This document shows, piece by piece, positions 28,510-37,742 of a stretch of 37,742 nucleotides of DNA. The translations under genes and the position numbers were made by a program. The notes beneath the pieces are model-generated. The model did no database searches. It worked only from the letters and a program-made list of their open reading frames with translations, and was not told where the DNA came from. This DNA is from Pseudomonadota bacterium (GTDB taxonomy: Bacteria; Pseudomonadota; Alphaproteobacteria; Rhodobacterales; Rhodobacteraceae): assembly GCA_039025595.1 (NCBI GenBank), contig JBCCNY010000001.1, positions 1 to 37,742 on the forward strand. The letters are read 5' to 3'. Every line of letters starts with the position of its first letter. The first letter of the stretch is position 1.

Positions 28510-29841
28510 ATGCAGGATTGGTTGAAACGGAGCGCGGCTGAACTGGGGCGCGGGATTGCGACCGGTGACATTGATCCTGTTGCGCTGACCGAGACATATC
28601 TGGTGGCGATTGACGCCCATCTCGAAGCCCGCAGAATCTACAGCACTGTGACCCATGACCGCGCGCGATCCGAGGCCGCTGCCGCGGCGGAGAGGGCCCG
28701 GCAGGGCGCGCGACGCGGCCTGCTTGATGGTGTGCCTGTGAGTTGGAAAGATCTCTTTGACACGGCGGGCACAGCCACGGAATCCGGCAGCAAACTGCTT
28801 GCAGGCCGCGTGCCGGAAACGGATGCCGAGGTGCTGAAAAATACTACCAGCGCGGGCCTCGTTTGCCTGGGTAAAACCCATATGAGCGAATTGGCCTTTT
28901 CCGGGTTGGGGCTTAATCCGATGACCGCAACTCCTCCAAATGTAAATGATCCAAATGCGGTACCCGGCGGATCATCCTCTGGGGCCGCCTCGAGCGTGGC
29001 CTTCGGGCTGGCGGCCTGCGGGATCGGGTCCGATACCGGCGGGTCGGTGCGCATCCCGTCGGCCTGGAACGATCTGGTGGGGTTGAAGACGACGTCGGGG
29101 CGTGTCTCCAATCGCGGAGTTGTGCCGCTCTGCCCGCGCTTTGACACGGTTGGGCCGCTCGCTCGGTCGGTTGAGGATTGTGCGCTGGTCCTAGCGGCTT
29201 TGGAGGGGCGAGAGGCCGCGCCGGTGGAGGCATTGGATTTGTCTGACATTCGGTTTGGCGCTCTGCAAACCACTGTTTTTGACGATATCCGACCCGCACC
29301 GCTCACCGCCTATGAAAGCGCTGTGGCGCGGTTGAAAGACGCGGGAGCGACGGTCGAGCTGTTCGATGGGCCCGAAGTGGCCGAGGCGATGCCATTCTCT
29401 GGAATACTATTCACGTCAGAGGCTTACGGCATGTGGTCCAAGGACATCGAAGCCGCGCCTGACAAGATGTTCGCGCCCATTCGCGAACGGTTTCAATCGG
29501 GCAAGGATTATCTGGCTTGGGACTACATCGCGACCTGGCAGCGGCTTGAAGCGCTTCGTGCACAATGGGCGGCCCGGGTGGCGGGCTTTGACGCGGTGCT
29601 GATGCCGTCCGCCCCGATTTTGCCGCCGGATGCCCAGAGATTGATGAGCGATGAGGACTATTACATTACCGAAAACCTGCTGGCGCTGCGCAATACGCGG
29701 GTGGGCAACCTGATGGGTCTGTGCGCCGTGACGCTGCCCACCGGCACGCCGTCCTGCGGTTTGATGCTCTGCGGTGCGGCCTTTGGTGAGGAGCGACTTC
29801 TGGCGATCGCACTTGCCGCCGAAGCGGCGCTCTCTGAATGA
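28510..29841 (+). CDS. Amidase signature family protein
   Basis: KDLFD, PGGSSSG, GSDTGGSVRIPS (Ser-cisSer-Lys). Confidence 0.93.
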   Translation: MQDWLKRSAAELGRGIATGDIDPVALTETYLVAIDAHLEARRIYSTVTHDRARSEAAAAAERARQGARRGLLDGVPVSWKDLFDTAGTATESGSKLLAGRVPETDAEVLKNTTSAGLVCLGKTHMSELAFSGLGLNPMTATPPNVNDPNAVPGGSSSGAASSVAFGLAACGIGSDTGGSVRIPSAWNDLVGLKTTSGRVSNRGVVPLCPRFDTVGPLARSVEDCALVLAALEGREAAPVEALDLSDIRFGALQTTVFDDIRPAPLTAYESAVARLKDAGATVELFDGPEVAEAMPFSGILFTSEAYGMWSKDIEAAPDKMFAPIRERFQSGKDYLAWDYIATWQRLEALRAQWAARVAGFDAVLMPSAPILPPDAQRLMSDEDYYITENLLALRNTRVGNLMGLCAVTLPTGTPSCGLMLCGAAFGEERLLAIALAAEAALSE

Positions 29842-30081
29842 TCCGGTCAAATAGACATTAAAGTAATGAAATCATTTAATAAAACATGTCATTATCGCGT
29901 AGGTGCGATGAAAGATGCGGCGCGTTGGAGAGCGAGCGTGGCGCTATACCAACAACCGGTCGCCAAAATGCCACAATCGCGAAACCGAACGGCATGTAGT
30001 GCTGGACGGGATCGGCGCGTATCTTCTATGTTTCGAAAAACGGGGCGTTGAACGACCCTGTAAGACCCGAGGCAGTATTTG

Positions 30082-31260
30082 ATGTTTCCAGAGCGGTTTT
30101 CGACCCTCCCGGAATATGCGTTTCCGCGTCTGCGGAGCTTGCTGGATGACCACCCGCCGGGCGGGGACGTGGTCCATATGACGATTGGCGAGCCGAAACA
30201 CGATTTTCCGCCTTGGATCGTTGATACCATCGTCAAGCATGCAGAGGATTTTAAACGCTACCCGATCAATGAGGGCATGCCGGAGCTCAATAGCGCTTTC
30301 TGCGATTGGGCCATGCGGCGATATGGTGTGACGTTCTCACCGGAATCGAACGTCATGGCGCTGAACGGCACGCGTGAAGGGCTCTACAACGCCATGATGG
30401 CGCTTTGTCCCGAGACGAAGGCCGGGGGTGTGCCGATCGTTCTCATTCCGAACCCGTTCTATCAGGTCTATATGGTTGCCGCGCTCAGTGTTGCAGCGGA
30501 ACCCGTCTTTCTGCCCGCAACGCGGGAGACGAATTTTCTCCCGGATTTCGGCTCGGTGCTACCCGAGACGCTCAACCGGGTTGCCGTCGCGTATATCTGT
30601 TCGCCCTCCAATCCGCAGGGCGCCGTGGCTGGTCGGGACTATTGGACAGACCTTCTTAAGCTGGCAGAGCAATATGATTTCAAGGTCTTTGCTGATGAAT
30701 GCTATTCCGAGATTTATCGCGATGCACCACCCGTCGGCGTGCTGGAGGTAGCAAAGGATATCGGGGTCGATCCGGAACGGGTGGTGGCCTTCCATAGCTT
30801 GTCCAAACGCTCGAACCTTGCCGGTTTGCGCAGTGGTTTTGTGACCGCCGGGCCCGAGAGTATCAAACGTATCCGCTTGCTACGGTCTTACGCAGGCACG
30901 CCGCTGCCCATGCCGCTGCAACACGCTGCTGCGGCGGTCTGGGCCGATGAGGCGCATGTGGAAGAAAACCGCGCGCTTTACCGCGAGAAATACGAGATCG
31001 CCGACCGGGTGATGGGAAACACGCCAGGATATTCGAGCCCGGAGGCCGGTTTTTTCCTTTGGCTGCCGGTCGAGGATGGGGAAGAGGCCGCCTTGCGGCT
31101 TTGGCGCGCGACAGGTGTTCGAGTTTTACCTGGCGCCTATCTGAGCCGCGACGGAGATTGGGAAAACCCTGGCAAAGGGTATATTCGGGCCGCTCTGGTG
31201 GCCCCAAAAGAAGAGGTGGCGGGCGGCCTGACACGGTTGCGCGACTGTCTCTACGGATAA
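30082..31260 (+). CDS. Class I/II PLP aminotransferase (DapC-like)
   Basis: [38 protein letters not shown]. Confidence 0.92.
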   Translation: MFPERFSTLPEYAFPRLRSLLDDHPPGGDVVHMTIGEPKHDFPPWIVDTIVKHAEDFKRYPINEGMPELNSAFCDWAMRRYGVTFSPESNVMALNGTREGLYNAMMALCPETKAGGVPIVLIPNPFYQVYMVAALSVAAEPVFLPATRETNFLPDFGSVLPETLNRVAVAYICSPSNPQGAVAGRDYWTDLLKLAEQYDFKVFADECYSEIYRDAPPVGVLEVAKDIGVDPERVVAFHSLSKRSNLAGLRSGFVTAGPESIKRIRLLRSYAGTPLPMPLQHAAAAVWADEAHVEENRALYREKYEIADRVMGNTPGYSSPEAGFFLWLPVEDGEEAALRLWRATGVRVLPGAYLSRDGDWENPGKGYIRAALVAPKEEVAGGLTRLRDCLYG

Positions 31261-31274
31261 GTTTGAGGGTAGGC

Positions 31275-34154
31275 ATGGCATTTCAGGCACGCGATCGTGA
31301 TCCATTACTCGACAGCTCGATGGCCGAGGCGATCGAAAAGCGAGGCAAAGAACTTCTGGGACTGGTCTTTTTGACGCTGGGGATGCTGGCGGCGTTGATG
31401 ATCGCCTCGTACCATCCCGATGATCCCAATTGGTTGCTGGCGACAGATGCGCCCGCACAGAACTGGTTGGGTCCTATTGGCGCTGGGATTGTCTCACCGC
31501 TTTTTATCATCGTGGGCTTCGGCACCTGGGGTCTCGCGGTGGTCCCGCTTGTCTGGGGGGCGCGACTGATGCTGCATCTGGGGGGCGAAAGAGCGCTCTC
31601 ACGTCTGATTTTTGCTCCGATCTGGATTGCAACGCTTGCTCTTTACGCGGCATCACTGACGCCGGGCGAGGGCTGGTCGGCCACGCATAGTTTTGGGTTG
31701 GGCGGTTTGTTCGGCGACACAGTTCTTGGCGCCTTACTCGGTCTTTTGCCGGTGAGCGCGACCTTTGGGCTGAAACTTCTGTCCCTGGCGTTGGGTGCTT
31801 TTGTGCTGATCTTTGGCGCATTCATTTTGGGCGGGACACGCGCAGAATTCGCGCGCTTTGTGCGCTTCTGCATTCTGGGTGTCATACTGGTTTATTCCAC
31901 GCTGCGCGCCGCGCTGGGTCATGGTGCGCGCGGCGGATCGTGGGTCGCGAAGGCGGCATATCTGCGTCTAGCCGCTTTGCGGCTATTTCGGGCAGAGGGC
32001 CGTCGACATGCGCGCGCGAGCGCTGAGGCCGAGGCGAGGATTCCCGAGCCTCGCGTTCGCCGACCAGATGAACCTGACTATGCAACAACCGACGAGACTG
32101 CGGACCTTGGTTACGCGATGCCGGTCGCACCTGAAAGAAAGTCTGGATTGCTAGCCGCCTTGCTGCGCCGTCCGGGTCGCGCCACCGATCCGGAGCAAGA
32201 AGACGCGCTTGATGAAGCGGGATTTGTGCAACCTGCGCCGGGCGACCGGGTATCGGCAAAAATTGCCGATGTCATCAGGTCACGCACAGGGCGCGGTCTG
32301 ATGGTCCCGCCAAGCGCCGCTGCGGAGCCGTCGTTAATCAAAGGGCTTGGCCGCAAGCCCGACCCCTTAATCTTTAATTCCTCTGGTGCGCCGGGTTTGC
32401 GGGCTGAGCCGCCTCTGAGTGCCTCCGTCGCGGCGTCTCTCGCCACAGATGACGTGGCAGCGGATTCGCTCATTGAAGCCGTTCACGATATGCCGTTTCC
32501 CCAAACGCAAGCCATGCCTGAGCGTGAACCCGAGACCAAGCGAGTGGTGCAGCACCAACCGCGCCGGATGCCTCAGCCCTCGTCGCGCGCCGTGGCAGAA
32601 AGTCAACCCACGCTCCAATTCGAAGCGCCCGAGCTGCCGGTATTTGAACTGCCTGCGCTATCGCTTCTGTCGAACCCGTCCAAGATCACCCGACACTACC
32701 TGAGCGATGAGGCGTTGGAAGAGAATGCGCGAATGCTGGAAAACGTGCTCGATGACTACGGCGTGAAGGGCGAGATTGTGAGCGTGCGTCCCGGTCCTGT
32801 TGTCACGATGTACGAACTGGAGCCCGCGCCCGGTCTGAAAGCGAGCCGCGTGATCGGCTTGGCCGATGATATTGCGCGGTCGATGTCGGCACTCAGCGCG
32901 CGGGTCAGTACCGTGCCGGGCCGATCCGTGATTGGGATCGAATTGCCGAATGAAAACCGCGAGATGGTTGTGCTGCGCGAATTGTTGTCTGCACGGGAAT
33001 ATGGCGACGGCAACCAAAAGCTGCCGCTCGCGCTGGGCAAGGATATCGGTGGCGATCCAGTTGTCTCCAGCCTCGCCAAAATGCCCCATCTTTTGATCGC
33101 GGGCACGACCGGTTCGGGTAAATCGGTGGCGATCAACACCATGATCCTTAGTCTGCTCTATAAGCTTTCGCCCGATGAATGCCGGTTGATCATGATTGAC
33201 CCCAAGATGCTGGAACTGAGTGTCTATGACGGCATTCCGCATCTTCTGAGCCCTGTTGTGACCGATCCGAAAAAAGCGGTCGTCGCGCTCAAATGGGTCG
33301 TGGCCGAAATGGAAGAGCGCTATCGCAAGATGTCAAAGATGGGCGTGCGCAACATCGACGGCTATAACGGGCGCGTAGCTGATGCGCTTGGCAAAGGCGA
33401 GATGTTCAGCCGGACGGTACAAACAGGTTTTGACGACGAGACCGGCGAGCCAGTTTTCGAGACAGAAGAATTTGCACCGGAAAAGATGCCCTATATCGTG
33501 GTCATCGTCGATGAGATGGCCGATCTGATGATGGTCGCGGGCAAAGAGATCGAGGCCTGTATCCAGCGTCTGGCGCAGATGGCGCGAGCCTCCGGAATTC
33601 ACCTCATCATGGCCACCCAGCGCCCCTCGGTAGATGTGATCACCGGCACGATCAAGGCCAACTTCCCGACTCGGATCTCGTTCCAGGTCACGTCCAAGGT
33701 CGACAGCCGGACGATCCTGGGCGAGATGGGTGCTGAGCAATTGTTGGGTATGGGCGACATGCTCTACATGGCGGGTGGGGGAAAGATCACCCGTTGTCAC
33801 GGACCTTTTGTGTCTGACGAAGAGGTTGAGGAGGTTGTGAATCACCTCAAGGCCTTTGGTCCACCGGAATATGTGGGCGGCGTGCAGGACGGACCCGAAG
33901 AGGACAAGGCGAGCAATATCGACGCGGTCCTGGGCTTGACGGGCGGGAATACGGATGGGGAGGATGCGCTTTATGATCAGGCGGTTCAAATCGCCATAAC
34001 GGATCGCAAATGCTCGACCTCCTATATCCAGCGCAAACTGGCCATCGGCTATAACAAGGCCGCGCGGCTCGTCGAACAGATGGAGGACGAAGGTATCGTC
34101 AGTCCCGCCAACCATGTCGGCAAGCGCGAAATCCTGATACCGGAACAGCAATAG
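31275..34154 (+). CDS. ftsK: DNA translocase FtsK
   Basis: N-terminal TM domain, Pro-rich linker, [25 protein letters not shown], gamma domain IGYNKAARL; start ATG 31275. Confidence 0.98.
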   Translation: MAFQARDRDPLLDSSMAEAIEKRGKELLGLVFLTLGMLAALMIASYHPDDPNWLLATDAPAQNWLGPIGAGIVSPLFIIVGFGTWGLAVVPLVWGARLMLHLGGERALSRLIFAPIWIATLALYAASLTPGEGWSATHSFGLGGLFGDTVLGALLGLLPVSATFGLKLLSLALGAFVLIFGAFILGGTRAEFARFVRFCILGVILVYSTLRAALGHGARGGSWVAKAAYLRLAALRLFRAEGRRHARASAEAEARIPEPRVRRPDEPDYATTDETADLGYAMPVAPERKSGLLAALLRRPGRATDPEQEDALDEAGFVQPAPGDRVSAKIADVIRSRTGRGLMVPPSAAAEPSLIKGLGRKPDPLIFNSSGAPGLRAEPPLSASVAASLATDDVAADSLIEAVHDMPFPQTQAMPEREPETKRVVQHQPRRMPQPSSRAVAESQPTLQFEAPELPVFELPALSLLSNPSKITRHYLSDEALEENARMLENVLDDYGVKGEIVSVRPGPVVTMYELEPAPGLKASRVIGLADDIARSMSALSARVSTVPGRSVIGIELPNENREMVVLRELLSAREYGDGNQKLPLALGKDIGGDPVVSSLAKMPHLLIAGTTGSGKSVAINTMILSLLYKLSPDECRLIMIDPKMLELSVYDGIPHLLSPVVTDPKKAVVALKWVVAEMEERYRKMSKMGVRNIDGYNGRVADALGKGEMFSRTVQTGFDDETGEPVFETEEFAPEKMPYIVVIVDEMADLMMVAGKEIEACIQRLAQMARASGIHLIMATQRPSVDVITGTIKANFPTRISFQVTSKVDSRTILGEMGAEQLLGMGDMLYMAGGGKITRCHGPFVSDEEVEEVVNHLKAFGPPEYVGGVQDGPEEDKASNIDAVLGLTGGNTDGEDALYDQAVQIAITDRKCSTSYIQRKLAIGYNKAARLVEQMEDEGIVSPANHVGKREILIPEQQ

Positions 34155-34157
34155 AGA

Positions 34158-34179
34158 GAGGGGCGCAAAATCGCCCCTC
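34158..34179 (+). terminator. Hairpin immediately after ftsK
   Basis: GAGGGGCG-CAAAAT-CGCCCCTC; no U-tract. Confidence 0.5.
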
Positions 34180-34348
34180 CGCTCATACCCGAAGATCGGT
34201 TTCGTACTGATCCAAAGACGTGAACACAGGCGCTTTTCGTAGAAAGGCCATAGTCAAAAAGAAGACCCAGCGGTCCTTTGACCTGCGTTCGGCTGTGTGG
34301 CGTTTCCTACTTGTTTTCCAACCACGCGACTTGCTGTGGGACCGATTA

Positions 34349-34362
34349 CGGGTATATACCCG
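34349..34362. promoter_or_regulatory. Perfect 14-bp palindrome, probable MarR operator over the -10 element
   Basis: CGGGTATATACCCG ending 4 nt before ATG 34367; TTGCTG at 34331-34336 is 16 nt upstream of TATATA. Confidence 0.7.
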
Positions 34363-34366
34363 CGAT

Positions 34367-34798
34367 ATGGAAACAAGATGTATTTGTACGGCCCTCAGAC
34401 AGGCTGCATCGCAAAGTACTGCGCTTTACGATGAAGCTCTGGCACCTTCCGGTATCAAGGTCACCATGTTTCGTCTTCTTCGTCACATAAATGCGGGCGA
34501 GTCGGTCTCGATCACGGAACTGGCCGAGATCGTCAGCCTCGACCGTAGCACTTTGGGACGCAACTTGCGTGTTCTGGAAAAGCAGTCACTGGTGAGCATC
34601 GGGTCAGGTGAGGACGGGAGGGCAAGGATGGTTTCACTGACCAAAACGGGACGCGCTGTTCTGCAAGATGCGGAGCCTCGCTGGCAGACGGCGCAGAGCA
34701 GGTTCGTAGAGATCGTCGACAATGACACAATGGCCGTGCTGGACCGTTTGATACATAACTCCTTCGCGCCTGACGTCACTAGTGGACAGCGCAAATGA
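34367..34798 (+). CDS. MarR family transcriptional regulator with N-terminal CxC
   Basis: METRCICTALRQA...YDEAL, LDRSTLGRNL, DGRARMVSLT winged helix. Confidence 0.93.
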   Translation: METRCICTALRQAASQSTALYDEALAPSGIKVTMFRLLRHINAGESVSITELAEIVSLDRSTLGRNLRVLEKQSLVSIGSGEDGRARMVSLTKTGRAVLQDAEPRWQTAQSRFVEIVDNDTMAVLDRLIHNSFAPDVTSGQRK

Positions 34799-36012
34799 GC
34801 CTCCGGCAGCAAAGCAAATGGCATGGGGCTGGGGTCGCGCTGATCTGCGGTTCGCTGATCCTCTTGATTTCACTTGGGGTGCGCCACGCCTTCGGGCTCT
34901 TCCTGCAGCCGGTGAGCCTGGAGCAGGGATGGGGTCGGGAAACGTTCGCCTTTGCGATCGCCCTGCAGAACCTTGTCTGGGGGGCAAGTCAGCCCTTTAC
35001 CGGCATGCTTTCGGACAGGTTCGGGGCCAAACCCATCGTGGCCATTGGCGCGTTTTTCTATGGCGCCGGCGTTTGGACAATGAGTGTCATTGGTGGCGAG
35101 AGTCTTTTCATTCTTGGTGCAGGCGTCCTTGTTGGTCTTGGTTTATCCGGCACGACATTCCCTGTGATCTTCGGTGCCATCAGCCGCCTTGTCGCGCCGC
35201 AGGAGCGGTCGCTGGCGATGGGGATTACCATGGCCGTGGGCTCGTTTGGGCAGTTTGCCATGCTCCCGATCTCATTGTGGATGATTGTCGGACTGGAATG
35301 GCAGGGGGCTTTGATTGCTCTGTCTGTCTTGGCCCTTGCCATGTTACCGCTCGCGTTTGGTATCCGAAACGCTCCGGCGCCTGTCGTGAATGCGGATGAA
35401 GACGTGTCGTTCTCCCAAGCCCTGAGAGATGCTTTCGGGCAGCGAGATTTCTGGCTTTTGTCTCTTGGCTTTTTCGCGTGCGGTTTTCAGGTGGTTTTCA
35501 TTGCGGTGCACTTGCCTGCCTACCTCGCCGATGAGGGGATAGGTAGCGGTGTTGCAACGATCGTTCTGGCGCTGATTGGCCTCGTGAACATCTTGGGCGC
35601 ATATTCTGCCGGTGTTTTCGGCAGCCGTCACCGCAAACCGATGCTTTTGTCGTGGATTTATCTTGGCCGGGCGGTGGTTATCGCCGCTTTTGTGCTGCTG
35701 CCAATAACCGCGACTACCGCTTACATTTTCGGTGCAATCATTGGGCTCTTTTGGTTGTCTACCGTGCCTTTGACGAATGGTACCGTTGCCGCCGTTTTTG
35801 GGGTCAAGCACATGTCCATGCTTGCGGGCATTGTCTTCTTCGCACACCAGCTGGGGTCGTTCGCGGGGGGATGGTTAGGCGGATGGCTCTACGACAGGAC
35901 AGGTAGTTATGATATGGCTTGGGGTATCGCGATCGGACTAAGCGTCTTGGCGGCAGCGCTAAACTGGCCGATAACCGAAAGACCCCTCGCAGAACGGCGT
36001 GCCACACCATGA
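34795..36012 (+). CDS. MFS transporter (OFA/YhjX-like)
   Basis: About 12 TMs, GMLSDRFG motif A, GGWLYDRTGSY; ATGA overlap with MarR. Confidence 0.93.
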   Translation: MSLRQQSKWHGAGVALICGSLILLISLGVRHAFGLFLQPVSLEQGWGRETFAFAIALQNLVWGASQPFTGMLSDRFGAKPIVAIGAFFYGAGVWTMSVIGGESLFILGAGVLVGLGLSGTTFPVIFGAISRLVAPQERSLAMGITMAVGSFGQFAMLPISLWMIVGLEWQGALIALSVLALAMLPLAFGIRNAPAPVVNADEDVSFSQALRDAFGQRDFWLLSLGFFACGFQVVFIAVHLPAYLADEGIGSGVATIVLALIGLVNILGAYSAGVFGSRHRKPMLLSWIYLGRAVVIAAFVLLPITATTAYIFGAIIGLFWLSTVPLTNGTVAAVFGVKHMSMLAGIVFFAHQLGSFAGGWLGGWLYDRTGSYDMAWGIAIGLSVLAAALNWPITERPLAERRATP

Positions 36013-36134
36013 TTAGACAAATGTTTGGACCATTCCTCTTGGCCGTCGCGTCTATGGCAGCGTTGGCGGCACTGTTCTTACTTTACCAAAACCCCCTGTT
36101 CGAGGTTTATTTGTCGAGCTGGCGTCTTTGCTGA
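36009..36134 (+). CDS. Small single-TM protein, 41 aa
   Basis: MIRQMFGPFLLAVASMAALAALFLLYQNPLFEVYLSSWRLC; ATG overlaps the MFS stop (ATGA). Confidence 0.7.
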   Translation: MIRQMFGPFLLAVASMAALAALFLLYQNPLFEVYLSSWRLC

Positions 36135-36303
36135 CGCATGGCTATCAGGCAACCCTATGTGACGGGTGCATCAGTGGCACAGGTCGCAGAGCTGCTTTAG
36201 GTCTGCCAGCCAAGCATATCGCTCTTTTGGCGCGGTTGGTGACGTTGAGTGTGCAGTAGGAAGCGTGACCGGCGCATTGAGCGCAGGCCTCTCTGATGCG
36301 ACC

Positions 36304-37742
36304 TCAGGCAACATCGGCCTCAAGTGGGGCGGTGAGGTCTGCGTTCACGCCAGTGCGGTCTTCGGGGATATCGAAAAGGCCGGTCGAGATCGACCATCCG
36401 CTCACCGAGGGCAGGGTTGTCAGAACCGCAATGGGTATTGCGCATGAGAAGGCGATCAGCATCGGCGCGCCAAAGATCAGAGCCCAAGGTACCAGCACGG
36501 CAAGATAGGCTGTTAGCGTTATCCCGGCGATTGTCTGCGGCCAGAGCACCCGCGCGGCCTCTCGCCATTCCAGCCGGGCGCGGCTGCGCTGCTGGGCGTC
36601 CCATCCCACCCGCTTGTTAAAGAGCAGCCCAATCACAAACCGGGTGATCCCGAAAGCCACGATCGGCGCTGTAAGCATTGAAACAAGCGTTTCCGCAGCC
36701 CCGCTTATGATTACACGCAGACGCCCGCCATAGGCCTCTGATTGGGCGTCACTCGCCAATACCTGCAACAATCCCATGAATTTCGGCATCAGGTTGAGCG
36801 CTAGAACGACACCAAACAGGCTTAGACCTATCCAGAGCGGTGCGCCTTCGTATTGCGCCGGCATCGCGGCGAGGCTCGCGCCAAGTCCCACAAAGAGCAT
36901 CCAGGCGGGCGCGGCAAGATACATCTGGATCGCCAGGTAAAGTTGAACGCGGCTCATGGGTGCGAGACCTGGCAGGCCCAATAGCCGGATGTATTGCATG
37001 TTTCCGTTGCACCAGCGCAGTTCGCGCCGAATGAAATCGGTCAGGCTCGGCGGGTTCTCTTCCCGGCTGTCGGTCTCCTCAGCCAAAACCCGCGTCTCGA
37101 AGCCTGCCCTGCGCATCAGCGCGGCTTCAAGCTGATCGTGGCTGAGAATGTAGCCCGAAAGCGGGCCGCGACCGGGCAGTATTGGCAGCATGCAATGCGC
37201 GTGAAACGGTTTGGTCCGGATCAGAATGTTGTGCCCCCAATTGGGACCGCAATCAGCAAGCCACCAGGCCGAGCCGAGCGTGTAGGAGCGCATCCCGTGA
37301 CGCATGCCGAACTGGAACGCGCGCGTGAAAAACGTCTTGGATGGCAGGCCTGTCACGAGCGTCTGAAGCATTCCAACCTCTGGGGAAACCTGCATCACTC
37401 GAACGAGCCGGAGCACCGTGTCCGCCCCCATCGCGCTATCGGCATCAAGGGGAAGAAAGAAGTCATAATCCGTGCCGCAGCGGTCGAGGAATTCGGCCAC
37501 GTTACCGGCCTTGTAGCCGCTATTGTCGGTGCGGCGGCGGTAGTGGATTGCGACATTGGGGTCTGCCCGCCGCCACTGGGCAACGCCTGCTTCCTCGCGC
37601 AGAGCGATGGTGGCAACATCGGTATCGCTGAGCACATGATAGTCGAAATGCGCAGCCCAGGGGGTGCGGGCCAGTTCCAATTGCAACTGCCGTAGTCTGG
37701 TAAGGGACGCTTCTGGTTCTTCGTTACGTAAAGGCATCACAA
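36304..37742 (-). CDS. opgH: Glucans biosynthesis glucosyltransferase H (5' end outside window)
   Basis: GYKAGN, LDADS, WGHN, LSHD..EA, RWCNGNMQ motifs then TM helices. Confidence 0.93.
   Translation of the reverse strand, partial: VMPLRNEEPEASLTRLRQLQLELARTPWAAHFDYHVLSDTDVATIALREEAGVAQWRRADPNVAIHYRRRTDNSGYKAGNVAEFLDRCGTDYDFFLPLDADSAMGADTVLRLVRVMQVSPEVGMLQTLVTGLPSKTFFTRAFQFGMRHGMRSYTLGSAWWLADCGPNWGHNILIRTKPFHAHCMLPILPGRGPLSGYILSHDQLEAALMRRAGFETRVLAEETDSREENPPSLTDFIRRELRWCNGNMQYIRLLGLPGLAPMSRVQLYLAIQMYLAAPAWMLFVGLGASLAAMPAQYEGAPLWIGLSLFGVVLALNLMPKFMGLLQVLASDAQSEAYGGRLRVIISGAAETLVSMLTAPIVAFGITRFVIGLLFNKRVGWDAQQRSRARLEWREAARVLWPQTIAGITLTAYLAVLVPWALIFGAPMLIAFSCAIPIAVLTTLPSVSGWSISTGLFDIPEDRTGVNADLTAPLEADVA

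Noticed and set aside
31059-31274. N-terminal extensions in the ORF track (ftsK, also amtB, glnK, accD, ubi, MFP, MarR)
   Set aside because: Overlap neighbours or promoters; downstream starts give family-typical N-termini.

Overview
GC-rich, gene-dense core-chromosome segment of an alphaproteobacterium, most consistent with Rhodobacteraceae/Roseobacter group (inferred from protein signatures and gene order). Contents in order: 5' end of ffh with a structured leader, an orphan membrane-anchored DUF4034-like gene, a ProX-type tRNA deacylase, the F0-only ATP synthase operon (atpI-B-E-b'-F), aroC, a DMT transporter, HU, VOC+SDR, CPBP-accD-folC, glnK-amtB, a class A PBP, mlaA-mlaC, a two-gene type I secretion pair, a ridA-GDPD-DUF482-phhB cluster, peroxiredoxin, ferredoxin reductase-like oxidoreductase, rsmD, a Ubi hydroxylase, amidase-aminotransferase-ftsK, a MarR-MFS-small protein operon and the 3' part of opgH. 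No rRNA, tRNA, CRISPR, transposase or phage genes were recognised. Best leads: (i) a probably leaderless MarR(CxC)-MFS operon with a perfect 14-bp operator-like palindrome and a translationally coupled 41-aa Cys-terminated membrane microprotein; (ii) a ~33-bp REP-like repeat seen three times between convergent genes; (iii) a densely self-complementary region after atpF; (iv) the unexplained RidA/GDPD/FemAB-like/pterin dehydratase cluster. All calls are by eye, without database searches; most of the window is ordinary housekeeping DNA.
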